DNA of 64,000 bases, taken from Callorhinchus milii (Eukaryota). The stretch lies in NCBI RefSeq assembly GCF_018977255.1, contig NW_024704742.1, forward strand, positions 96,350,001 to 96,414,000. The letters run 5' to 3'. Below, piece after piece: positions 1 to 11,359 of this stretch. The translations under genes were made by a program, and so were the position numbers. Each line of letters opens with the position of its first letter. Within the stretch, counting starts at the first letter, position 1. The notes under the pieces are model-generated. The model was not told the DNA's origin and did no database searches. It saw only the letters and a program-made list of their open reading frames with translations.

Positions 1-254
1 TACTATTTGAGCTGAAACTGATTCTGTATAGTACATATGGTAATGCATAGCTAATGTATGACTCTTTTTCAAGCTGTAGCTAGAACTCTGTTAAATACTC
101 ATTATAGCGAAGGAATCATTATTGAAAGTGGGGCCATCTGTTCTGATGATATCTGACCAGCGTTTCAGGTGCATGAGCTGTATAATGCTATGAAGGTCCT
201 GCATCAATTGGATTCAGGAGCATGGGAGAGCACCCCATTCCTTTTTGAATTAAT

Positions 255-570
255 GGGGTGAAATCTGCAGCATGAAACACAAAGGGGTAAAATTACACTT
301 GGATCTAGATTTACTCCATTAACATAGTATTTCAGAGCATCCAGAAACTTGGCAAATTCTTAAATACAACCTTAACTTTGAAGCCTATTTTCTTTTAAGA
401 AATATAGAAAAAAAACAGCTTCAAAGGAAAGAATGAATTACAAAATTTGCCAAATGCGGGATGCTCTGAACTGCAATGTTAATAGAGTGAATGGAAAGCC
501 AAATGGAATTTTACCTCAAAGGTGTTTCTTGTGATGATTATCACCCACTAAGAAATGCAAATTTCACCCC
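255..570. mobile_element. Nested palindromic MITE-like elements: inner hairpin 284-517 inside an outer element 255-570
   Basis: The inner left arm ggggtaaaattacacttggatctagatttactccattaac...cagagcatcc...ttggcaaatt is the imperfect reverse complement of the right arm aatttgccaa...ggatgctctg...gttaatagagtgaat...ggaattttacctc. Outer termini are ggggtgaaatctgca / tgcaaatttcacccc. aaa flanks both sides of the inner element. Confidence 0.75.
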
Positions 571-868
571 ACGGACATGGGAGTTTTAACATCTACTTGA
601 ACAACCAGAACAGGCAGAGAGGCTCTCACTCCACTTAGTTTTTCATATCCCTCAAAGTAGGACATTTCTATTCTGCCATTTCATTTTTTAGTTCTGCTTG
701 ACACTTAATCACCTCTTCTCATATCAAATTTTATCCATCTCGATCACGATTTTACTCGGGCTTAAATATTATTACAAGTAAAATCTCTGCGACTTGGAAG
801 GTAAAGTACAGTTGTTTCAGTTTTAGTGGATAACTTGCCTTTCCATCATAAATGTTAACTAAAAAATA

Positions 869-1362
869 TGGAAGCCGATTCAATAGCAACTTTTAAGAGA
901 GAAGTAGATAATTATTTAGGGAGAACAAATTTGCAGGATTATAATAATAATAATAATCCTTGCAGTTGATATAGTGCTTTTCACATCTTCTAGATGCCTC
1001 AAAGCACTTCATAGAATAGACTGTAAAGTGAATTGACTGTATGTTTGTGGGCGAAATGTGGCAGTCAATTGCACACAGCAGTGTCCCACAAACAGTCGTG
1101 GATTGAAATGACCAATTTATTATTATTTTTTTTGAGGGATTATTATCAGGTGCTTGGAGTAAGGAAACTTGCCCAAGATTTCATCCTGCCGGGCACTGAA
1201 CCTAGGTTTCTCGCTTGCAAAGCGAGTGCTCTAACCACTGAGCTGCAGGACTTCACAATGGGGAGAGAGCAGGGAAGTGGGATTGATTTGGTAGCTCTTT
1301 TAAAAGAGCTGGCACAGACACGAATGGTTTCTTTCTGTGCTATATAATTCTATGATTTTATG
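869..1362 (+). mobile_element. CR1 LINE 3' end, split by a SINE insertion (940-1255)
   Basis: 869-939 and 1257-1300 match the CR1 copy at 38220-38332 (ggaagcc.attcaata.ca.cttttaagagagaagtagataattattt; ggggagagagc.ggg.agtgggattga). Ends in attctatg/attttatg repeats. Confidence 0.85.
940..1255 (-). mobile_element. Composite tRNA-derived SINE (family A, short variant)
   Basis: On the minus strand: tRNA head with A box cagctcagtgg and B box ggttcagtgcc, then cttgggcaagtttccttactcc, a Deu-like 3' part and the tail tatatcaactgcaagg(att)n. Confidence 0.9.
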
Positions 1363-1572
1363 ATCCTGCTCAATGGGAATCAAAAGCTACCATTCAAAAA
1401 GAAGGGAGCTTCTCCCAACATCCTGGCTGATTGTTGAACATTGCTGTGGCAAATTAGTTGACAGGTTTGCCTACAAATATCTTGTCACTGCACTTTACAG
1501 TATATCCTATGAAGCATTTGAGATATCCTCCCAACATAAAAGCTTAAATCAAATGTAAGGATCATTATTACT
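1363..1572 (+). mobile_element. Deu/SacSINE1-type SINE 3' fragment (family B)
   Basis: Similar to 3195-3436; ends in aaatgtaaggatcattatta. Confidence 0.65.
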
Positions 1573-1739
1573 ATCTAATGTGTACCAACAATGTCTTACA
1601 AACAGCACTGAATGACCAATCTTAATCTAGTTTATTTTGTAACTAAAGTCGTGATAACTACCCTATTATCTAAACAAAAATCATCATTTATTTAACGCTT
1701 ATTAGACATTGTAATGGTATCACAACTTTTTGGTCACCC

Positions 1740-2003
1740 TACAGATGAAGGAGGAATATCAGCCAAGATTCTGGGAGAATTCACTGATCTTCTGGGTAAT
1801 AATGCCGTGGGATCCTTAACAACCATCTGAACTAACAGCTGGGACCTTGGTTTAACATTTCATCCGAAGGATGTCACCTCTAACAATGCAGTCCTCTATC
1901 AATACTCCATTGGAGTGTCATCCTAGATTATGAGCTCAAATTCTGGTGTGGGTCTTGAACCCACAACCTTCTGGACCAAGGCAAGAGCGCTGCCAACTGA
2001 TAT
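1740..2003 (-). mobile_element. Deu/SacSINE1-type SINE 5' part (family B)
   Basis: Reverse complement of the 3016-3270 region: gccgtgggatccttaac, catccgaaggatgtcacctc, cttgaacccacaaccttctg. Confidence 0.8.
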
Positions 2004-3015
2004 GATAGCATGATGTATGTTTAACCCTCTGTAAAGTGGTCTTTCTCTCTCTTAATAGTTTTTTCGAATACAAGCTTAACCCCAGCTGCTCCTGACTCCA
2101 CCAGATCATCTGGAGTGACAGACATGATAATGAGCCTATCACGTCTGTTACTGTACCATGTGTTACCTAGGATCTAAGGTCGGGTGCAGGTGGCTGAATC
2201 ATACAGTTGCAGCCTGTTTTCGCTCTGTCCTCATATAAATCACTGGTGCAGTGGAGGATCAACTCAATTTTGAAATGAATTTAAAACATTTTTTTTCAAA
2301 GCTATATTTTTAATTATTGGTACTATCCCAATATTCATCAATTGCTGCTGCTCCCTCAGCCCCCCCACCCCCACACACACTTTTACAGGTCAACTGTCGA
2401 ACTTTGGCACTATCACAAGTGCTAAATACGGCATGCATCTCCACTAGGGTTTTCTTTGGTGAGTTGAGCAAATGTCTCACTTCATAGAAGAACACTGAAC
2501 ACTCAGGTGCAGGTGCGTTTAGCACTACAGGAATGACTGACCCGAGACTTGCCAAAATGATTAATGCCAGAAGGTTTTGCAATTTACACCCTTTGCCCAA
2601 AAGGGTTTCAAAACAGAAACATATTGCAGTCAGGGGTCAGGGGGTGCAGGCGAAAACTGCCAGATTGCACCTCTGGTGCATTGACTTGGCCGAAGGCTGG
2701 TTTAATGCAGCTGATTGAAGTTGGAGAAATAAACAGGAAACGGCTGCAATGATAGAACGTAAATGATGTCGTCGACAAAAATTATACTTATGACAACTGA
2801 TTAATTATCGACTGTCCAGTATAGTGCCCCTCCCCTTCTTCGCCTTTGGCACAATGGAAATGGATAGGTCTAAAGCCAAGCGATTGGTGTTGACGGGGTG
2901 GAGCACAATTTTTGAGCACTGGTTCCTGGGATACTTGTTTATCTACAATTTTGTTTGTTGAAATAATCCTAGGAAGAAGATTAGCTATTCCCTCCAGAAT
3001 GAGAGGAATTTGTGT

Positions 3016-3436
3016 GTCAGCCTGGCTCAGGTAGCATTCTCTCCTCTGAGTCAGAAGATTGTGGGTTCAAGCCCCACATCAGGATTTGGAACTCATATAA
3101 TCTATGCTGAAACTCCAATGCAGTGCTGGGGGGTTTCTGCATTGTTGAAAATGCTGTCCTTTGGCTGAGATGTTAAAGCGAAGTCTCATCTGCCTGCTCA
3201 GGTTTGCATTAAAAACCCAATGGCACTACTTGAAAACAGAAGGGAGTTTCTCTTGGTGTTCTGGCCAACAATCTCCTGAATAAAATTGGTCATTCATTTC
3301 ATCAATAAATGCAAATTGGCTGCCATGTTTGGACACAAAACATATAGTCACTGCACACATTATATGCTATGAGGCATTTTGAGACTTCTGCTTGACATGA
3401 AAGGGGCTGTATCAAATGTAACAATTATTATTATAA
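3016..3436 (+). mobile_element. Full-length Deu/SacSINE1-type SINE (family B)
   Basis: tRNA-like head (tggctcaggtagc...gggttcaagccc), Deu-like core (aaaaacccaatggcactacttgaaaacagaagggagtttctc...gtgttctggccaac) and a tail ending in (att)n. Confidence 0.85.
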
Positions 3437-4826
3437 TTCTTAACATTCAAGACTGCATAGAATTATAGTGAACTTCTTATTTTAACCACACAATTCACTC
3501 ACATCACTTTACAGTATATCCTATGAAGCACTTTGAGATGTGTCAATATCAATATCAATTCTATATCTATATCAATGGGGAGGTTTATTATATATCAATT
3601 TTAATTTGGGGAGCCAAGTCTTCTAAAGAAATAAGGAAAGTCAGCTTTTAAATTAAGACTGCATTTAAAACAATTTCTGAATGAAAGACAAAATTGTGTT
3701 ACAGGTGGAATTACAAGCTTTAAGATTGAGTTGCTACTTTCAGATCCAAAGCACTTCCACTGGAGTCTACCCACTCCAATTACATAACAGGGCCACACTT
3801 CAATGTGCTTTGTCCAATTGTCTGAAAAGCTAGACTTCAGAACAAGTCCTTGGACGCTAGAGGTAGGCTTTTAATATTGCTGGTCAGAATGAAGTCAGAA
3901 GTGGGTCAATAGAGACAAAGAAACAAGTTTAATATTTCAAAACAAAATAAATAAAAAATACATAAAATCAATGTTGAAATATAGAATAATGAATAATAGA
4001 TAAGGTAAAAGAGAGATTACGTAAGAAATAGAGAAAAGAAATGGAGGAGATATAGCCAAAAAATGAGAAACTAGCCAGGGCAAAATAATGTTTATATAAC
4101 CTCTTAAGCAATTTTAAAGGATATATTTTATTTATATTACAAAAATGCAGCAATAACGTTACAACTGGCTCCTCTATTGTATTTGCACCTTAATAACAGA
4201 ATATTCTTCTACATCACAATTTGTAAGATGAATTCTTAAAAAGTGTCCACTGAGGAAGGAAGAGATGAAATTCCTCAGGGCTAGTTTTCTGTCAGCATTA
4301 ATATAGTACAGAATACATACATCAATACATACGAAAACCGTTTATGTCTAATCATGAAATAATTATGAAACTAGTGGAATACAGGTTCAATTTAGTTATT
4401 TTCTGTTCTCGCAGAGGCTGACTCATCTGGTTTGACTTCATGCCCATCTCCATTGCACATTGCACCACAAAGCTCCAGCACCATAACTGCGGACGTTTCC
4501 ACCTAAAGCTCCACAAACAGGGATTTGTGTCGCTTGCTTCAACTCAGTCGAATACATGACCACCGCAAGAACAATCACCAAACACGGAGAAGACAGCACT
4601 ACCAGTAAGAGGAACATGAATTAGACAGACCTGTTTCAGCTGATAGGCAATACAGAAGTTGCAAGCACAAGTGCACAAAGCAGATATCCTTAAGGCAATT
4701 GTGTTGGTGACCAAGAGGATATGCAAACTCTCTTGGACAGTTACAGCATTCACCTCCTTCAGGAGATTAATGGAGTCCTGTAGCTCAGTGGTCAGGCACT
4801 TGCCTCACCTTGAGAGACCTGGGTTC

Positions 4827-7181
4827 TCCGCTCACTTAAAACCCAAACCGGATGCTCAAGTGCAGATGGAAGAAATCCGGCCTCACAATTCATCGGCATC
4901 CGTGGCTCAAGCACATCCACCAGGCCAGACCTCTCCCTTTCACAGGCCAAAACTGATTTTCACTCCAAAGTCATCCTGGAGGCCAAAAACAACCCAAAGA
5001 CACAATTTTCCACCGTCCATCACCTTCTCTGTGCACCCCCTCTAAACCCCTCTATCCTCACGTCAAATGCCAAGTGCAACGAGGTCCTAGATTTCTTCGC
5101 CTCAAAGGTTGAAAACATTTGCTTGGCTGCATCGTCTTCCCAACCCCATGTCCCCTTCCACCCCATCCAGACCATCCACACCGCCTTCGCCCTCCGCCAC
5201 AGCTCCTGCCACTCCACCCTCCTTACACTTCTTTGCCCCCAGTTCTCCCTCTTCTCTCTCAACCACAATCACCCGCATGAAGTTCACCACCTGCTGCCTC
5301 AACCCCCTTCCCCTCCCTATCCAGCTGCTGGTCACTTAACTCCCCTTGCCTCACCCTGCTGGCCAACATGGTCAACCAGTTTCTCTCCTCAGGCTCTGTT
5401 CCTCTCCCCATCAAAACCGTTCTTATCATATCCCTCCTCAAAAAACCCACCCTCGATCCCTCTAATCTCTCTCACCACCATCCCATTTCCAACCTACCCT
5501 TCCTTGCTAAAGTCCTGGAAAACATTGTTGCAAGTCAACTTCAGTCACACCTCTCCCTCCACTCCCTCCTTGAGCCACTGCAGTCTGGTTTTCGCTCTGC
5601 CCACAGCATAGATACAGCACTTGTCAAAGTCACATACGACATCCACTCTATCTGTGACCAGGGCTTCCTCTGCCTCCTCGTCCTCCTGGATCTCTCTGCT
5701 ACGTTCAACACAGTCAACCACGCCATCCTCCTCCACCGCCTTTCCTTCCTCATCCACCTTAGTGGGACCTCACTCACATGGTTTGAGGCTTACTCAATGA
5801 ACTGGCCCCTTTTCACCTTGGCAAATGGTTTCTCTTCCCACCCCCACCTGATCACCTGCAGGGTACCGCAGGGCTCCATCCTTGACCCTCTTCTTGTCCT
5901 GATCTATATGCTCCCTCTTGGAGATGTCATCCACAAATACAGGGTAAACTTCCACATGACACATAAATCTACTTTGCCTCCTCCAGTACCAACCCCAGGT
6001 CCACAATTTCTATCAGCTTGTCTGGCAGACATCAGGGCCTGGATCATAATAATAATATTAATCCTTGCACTTGATATAGCGCTTTTCACATCTTCTGGAA
6101 ATCTCAAAGCACTTCACAGAATAAAGTGTAAAGTGAATTGACTGTATATTTGTGGGAGAAACATGGCAGTCAATCATCATGGAGTGAGTGACCAAATTTT
6201 TTTTTTCTTTAAAGGAAAAGCAATATGCCAATTAACTAACAACCAGGTTCCTACTTACTGCTAGGTAAACAGAGGCTTATGGAGTAAGGAAACTTGTCCA
6301 ACATTTTGCCCTGCCAGGAATCAAACCCAGGTCTCTCACTTGCGAGGCCAGTGTTCTAACCACTCTTAGCTAAGCCATACTCTTTGGCTTCCGTCAACAT
6401 CTTCACTCCTGTGAATCTGAAATCCTCAACCTCCCTGGACTCTCCCTCACACTCACCGAACCAGTGCGCAATCTAGGTATCTGATTCGACCCTCAGCTGT
6501 CCTTCCTCCCCCACATCCGGTCCCTGACCAGGACCACCTTCCTCCACCTCTGCCACTTTGCCCACCTCCGATCGTACCTTACCCCAAATGCAGCCGAAAC
6601 CCTTGTGCATGCGTCTGTCACCTTCTACCTGGATTACTCAAACGCACTCCTCGCCTGTCTCCCCAGCTCCACTATTCAAAAGTTCCAGCTCATTCAGAAC
6701 TCTGCCGCCCACATACGACCCGGATCAAATTCCGTACCCACAGCTCACCAGTTCTGGCCAGACTCCACTGGCTCTACATCAATGAACAGATCGACTTCAA
6801 GATCCTCACACTGGTGTTCAAATCTCTTCACTCCCTGGCACCTCCCTACCTCTCCGACCTCCTCATTCCCCTGACCACCACCGAGCACCTCCACTGGACT
6901 GCCACTGGCTTCCTGCTTGTCTTTCGCACCCTCCGCTCCATCATTGGAGGTTGCGCTTTCAGCCACTATGCCCCAAAACTCTGGAATACTCTCCCTCAAT
7001 CCCTCCACCTTGCCCCCTCGCTCCCCTTTTACAAGTCCTGCCTGAAAACCTTCTTTTTCAAATGTGCTTACAGCCACCCCAACCACCCCCCACCCCAGCT
7101 CGGAATCAGGCTCCGCCACTTTTAAGCACCCTGAGATGCTACCCTGCGTGGAGGATGCTATATAAGTGCAAGTTGTTGTTG
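4827..7181 (+). mobile_element. L2-clade LINE, 5'-truncated, decayed ORF2 (reverse transcriptase)
   Basis: ORF 5368-6141 has [40 protein letters not shown] and VPQGSIL motifs; the YADD motif is disrupted. C-terminal fragments LDYSNALL and FKSLHSLAPPYLSDLL. The tail is ctatataagtgcaa(gtt)n. Confidence 0.95.
6044..6365 (-). mobile_element. Family A SINE (long variant) inserted inside the L2
   Basis: (aat)n ccttgcacttgatatagcgc ... ctacttactgctaggtaaacagagg ... ggaatcaaacccagg. L2 sequence resumes at ~6371 (aagccatactctttggc). Confidence 0.9.
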
Positions 7182-8361
7182 TGGGTTCAATTCCCGGCAG
7201 GGTGAAACATTGGGCAAGTTTTCTTATTCCACAGGCCTCTGTTTACCTAACAGTAAGTAGGAACCCGATTGTTAGTCGATTGTCGTATCATATTTTCGAG
7301 GGTAATAATTACTTAAAAAAAAAAAAAAATTGGTTACTCAATCCAAGACTGATTGTGGGACACTGCTGTGTGTTATTAGCTGCTGCGTTTCACTTTACAG
7401 TATATTCTGTGAAGCACTTTGAGACATCTCGAAGACATGTTAAGGTGTTATATCAAATGGAAGTATTATTATTATTATTATTAAATATGGGTGGTGTCCA
7501 CAGCAGTAAAAATTGGATGTGATCTTTGAAAGGATCCTCCCACACTTTCTTGTGCTCTTAACACAGTTATTGCCCTTATAAAGGTGATGAGAGAGGTGAT
7601 TTATAGCCAACTGTCCTTATTGATTTTTAACCAGACCTTGAAAGATAACAGCTGAAGCAACTGATATCATTTTGCGTCTCTTCCACACTATCAGCTGAAA
7701 TTATTTATACAGCCGAATTGACCCACCTCGACTAGACTATGACATAGAGCAAGGCATAACCCATAACCCTCAAACAATTTTAATTCCAAATAGAGTCGGA
7801 GAAATGGATATGAGTGGAACATTTTGCAGATGCTCAATCTATGGGGCGAGAGAAGGATCCTATGCATTTGCAAAGCCAAACATTTAGATTAAGATGGTTT
7901 CATTGATTGGTGCGATGAAATGTTTTTGGAAAGTTTTAAGCATTCAATCCATCATTTACAGGTCGATCCAGACTGTAATATTTCAAGAAAATGGCATTCA
8001 AGTACGATTGTTGGCATCTGCTGCACCATCACCATCTTTAAAACAGTGTTAGCTTGAAATATTACAGCATTAGTGAAACTCTAAATAATAGAATGAACAG
8101 TGAAAGAGGCAGGATATGAAGAAGCATTTTCTGTGAATAGTGGAGTCTAATTTGCTGTATTTCTCAATAGGATCCCTTAATAAAGAACCTGAATTCTGGG
8201 AACTAGAAGCACATCATTCTGACTCATGGGAACTCTGACAGAGTCTACCTCTGGAGCACAGTTACCGCAGCTCGAGAAATATTCTAATGCAGTCTCTTTT
8301 TAAAGACTCCTATTAAAAATGCCATAATTTAGACCTGAACTTCTTAAAGTTGTTTCTTTCA

Positions 8362-8525
8362 TAACATAACATGTAGGAGCAGGAGTGGACCATTCGTCCC
8401 TTCGAGCCTGCCCCGCCATTCAATCATGGCTGATCTTCTAATCTAACTCTAGCTAATACCATAACCCTGCCTTATCCCCATATCCCTTAATCCCTTTTGC
8501 AATAAGAAATATATCTATCTCAGTC
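8362..8525 (-). mobile_element. CR1-type LINE 3' end
   Basis: aacatgtaggagcaggagtggaccattcgtcccttcgagcctgccccgccattcaat resembles the antisense of CR1 3' UTRs recalled from sharks. Confidence 0.6.
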
Positions 8526-8690
8526 CTTCTCCCTACGTTTATGTTTTTTGTCACTTTTTAAAAAAAGTGTTGCCACAACTATTAATGCATCGTATACAAG
8601 AGTATACTTGTATCATAATTCTTCTCTCATTTTCCCTACTTGATTCCTCATGACAAGAATTGTAGGCATGAACTAAATGATGTTTGTATC

Positions 8691-9029
8691 ATAACAATAA
8701 TAACAATAACAACAATAATAACAATAATAATCCTTGCATTTGATATAGTGCTTTTCATGTCTTCGAGACATCTCAAGGCGCTTCACAGAATATACTGTAA
8801 AGTGAATTGACTGTATATTTATGGGCGAAATACGGCAGCCAATTTGCACAGCAGTGTCTCACAAACAGTCCTGGACTGAAGTGACCAATTTTATTATTTT
8901 TTTCTTGAGGCATTATTATCAGGCGTGTGGACTAAGGAAACTTGGTCAAGGTTTCGCCATGCTGGGAATCGAACCCAGATCTCTCACTTGCAAAGGCGAG
9001 TGCTCTAACCACTAAGCTACAGGATTCCA
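8691..9029 (-). mobile_element. Family A SINE (short variant)
   Basis: (aat/aac)n tail, Deu-like body and intact head (ggaatcgaacccag...ctaaccactaagctacaggattcca). Confidence 0.9.
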
Positions 9030-9084
9030 CCATAATAACCATAATAACAATAATGACGATAATAACAATAACAACGGTAATAAG

Positions 9085-9262
9085 AATAATCATTGCATTT
9101 GATATAGCATGTCTAACCTTTCCAGTGCCTTGGGATGTCCTCCTGACATGAAAGGCGCTATATAAATGCAATTTGTTGTTGTTGCTTCCAGTCTGGAGGA
9201 GGTCTCAATGCGCATCACATGATTCACTGTAAAGCATAACAACTATATTTTTGTAGGCAAAT
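9085..9262 (-). mobile_element. SINE 3' fragment interrupted by a plus-strand L2-type tail (9109-9184)
   Basis: aataatcattgcatttgatatagc | ...aaaggcgctatataaatgcaattt(gtt)n | cttccagtctggaggaggtctcaatgcgc...ctgtaaag. Confidence 0.7.
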
Positions 9263-9693
9263 GTAGGATGTAGGTCCATTGATTCTATTTAAATGAATAA
9301 TTACATAATAAAGTTCAATCCAATAGTAAATCCAAGGTCAGCAAGTCTGCATTAGCATTATATTCCTTATTGTATGGGCAGCGTTCTCCATGGGAATGGG
9401 AGAACACAGACATTTAATTTCCATCCACCCCTTCTATCAAAAGGTCTGATTAATGCCTGATCTCAGCATCCTAAGCAAATACATTTATTTTCATCAATGG
9501 CTGACCTTTTTGAACCTTCAACATTGCTATGCACTAACATACCAGTTCTGTAAAACAAAAACTAAACAACAACGACAAATTGCATTATATAGCGCCTTTC
9601 ATGTCAGGAGGACTGGGTAAAGAGACTGTGTAAGGGGATTCCAAGAGAGGCAATCCCAGCATCATACCAGAAAAACATCTAAAGCACTCAAAG

Positions 9694-10230
9694 CTCTTCG
9701 CTAGCTCAGTTGTTAAAGCCACTTCCTGGAGGAAAAATATAGTCTGGAAGTGCATGGTTCAATAGCTAGTTTGTTCTGAGTTAGTTGATCTCAATTAGTT
9801 AGGCATAGAGAGCTACAATTGGCCTCAGTGCCTTGGGCCAATGCCCAAGGGAATATATCATCCAGCATTCCTGCTCCTGGTTGTTAATACTGCAGTGACC
9901 TTTGCTGGAAATTGCTCTTGGGTGAGTATCAAACATTTGATATTCAGAATGCTTCTATCATAGCCTTAGGTCCACTCTCTTACAAATTAAGATTGGGCAG
10001 AATTTTGGAACAATTCTAAAATGCAGTCTTAATTTGAATGTTGTTTTTCTGCAATAGTTTAAAATAACTGTGGAAAACCCGCTTCCAAATTAAGACTGAA
10101 TTTAAGAATTTTCCAAAATTTTCTGCAAAATTACATAAGACAATTATCTTATGGCTAAAACAATGAGAAATGTTGGGCCTCAGGCGACAAGGGGATCAGT
10201 TTGGGCTGTAATTTCCCTACTGTCAAAGAA
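9694..10230 (+). mobile_element. AmnSINE2-like SINE interrupted by a palindromic MITE (~9968-10180)
   Basis: ctgagttagttgatctca, gctacaattggcctcagtgcc, ttcctgctcctg and cagtgacctttgctggaaa match the recalled AmnSINE2 consensus and the copy at 22060-22420. Confidence 0.7.
9968..10180. mobile_element. Palindromic MITE-like element
   Basis: gcagaattttggaacaattctaaaatgcagtcttaatttgaa pairs with ttccaaattaagactgaatttaagaattttccaaaattttctgc. Confidence 0.75.
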
Positions 10231-10919
10231 TCTCCCAAAAACTGTTTGGATCATACATAACAAATAAAATCTGTCATTCACCTCACGGCTATTTATGAGA
10301 CGTACTGTGAGCAAACTGGCTCCTGCATTCGCCCACAAAGAACACAATCATTTTACAGTAAAATCCTATGAAGCACTTTAAGACATCCTCCTGATGTGAA
10401 AGGCACTAAATCAAATGCAAGGATTATTATTATTATTATTTTTGTGAAGAATGGGCTAAGGTATCAGAAAGCAGTCAGTGCTTGTGAAGTTATAACCCAG
10501 CACCTATGTGACATCAAAACCTTTGATCATGTGTGAATGTGACAGTTCAGTATATCGAATGAAATTTTACCACCAGTCAAAATGGTGGCTGGTGATGCTG
10601 TAAGTCACCATCAGCCACTTGTCTAGTTCTAAATTCATAAAAAAAATTGGTTCAGTATCTTCCTCACTTCAGCTCAAACAGGAATACGTTATGGAAAACT
10701 TTATTTTCCATAACGTATTCCAGCAGTTGTCTTCCAATTTCACTGTATTACAATATTGTAACAAATTTAATTTCACTTTAAAAAGTGACTTGGGTAGCAA
10801 TGCAAACCATTGGCAATGCCTCTCCTTCTTTACTCCCTCACCTACAATAACAAAAAAGTTCTACTGCCTCTTTTCCTTCCAAAATTATACTGACTTGGAT
10901 GATTGCAATAAAAATCTCT

Positions 10920-11117
10920 TGGCCTGAAATTCCACCCTGTGTTAGCCTGGTATTAATGATCACGCGTAATTGTGAGAAATTGTTAAATTCACATCTTATT
11001 TGGAAGCCAGATTCTTTTAAAAACTTTTTATGTGGAAAACTGCTTCAAAATTCAGATTGAATTTAACAATTTTCCATCAATCTGGGCCATTTTACTCCAT
11101 AACATCATTTTACACCA
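10920..11117. mobile_element. Palindromic MITE-like element
   Basis: Starts ggcctgaaattccac. Arms aaattgttaaattcacatcttatttggaagc / gcttcaaaattcagattgaatttaacaattt. Confidence 0.7.
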
Positions 11118-11359
11118 TGTTCGTCCACAAAATATAGTCAATTCACTTTACAGTCTATTCTGTGACACACTTTGAGGTGTCTCGAAGATGTGATTAGGCG
11201 CTATATCAAATGCAAGATTGATTATTATTACTATTACACAAATTGGTCTTACAATGAGTGAAATCTTGGGACGACAATGTCTATTTGAATGGAAAGCAAC
11301 TTGCAAGGTTCTGTTAGCATTCAAACAGAGGGTGTTACTCTGAAAGATACAAACAAGCA

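Larger units (their letters stand above)
4771..7483 (+). mobile_element. Family A SINE split by an L2 insertion (head 4771-4826, remainder 7182-7483)
   Basis: The head tggagtcctgtagctcagtgg...gacctgggttc stops at 4826. The SINE resumes at 7182 as tgggttcaattcccggcagggtgaaac...(att)n, so tgggttc is duplicated. Confidence 0.85.

Noticed and set aside
4557..4604. MTTA... start resembling the DPP6 short-isoform N-terminus
   Set aside because: Only four residues match and the rest is dissimilar.
5368..6141. 257-aa ORF as a functional gene
   Set aside because: It is a decayed L2 RT: the YADD motif is lost and the ORF reads into an inserted SINE.
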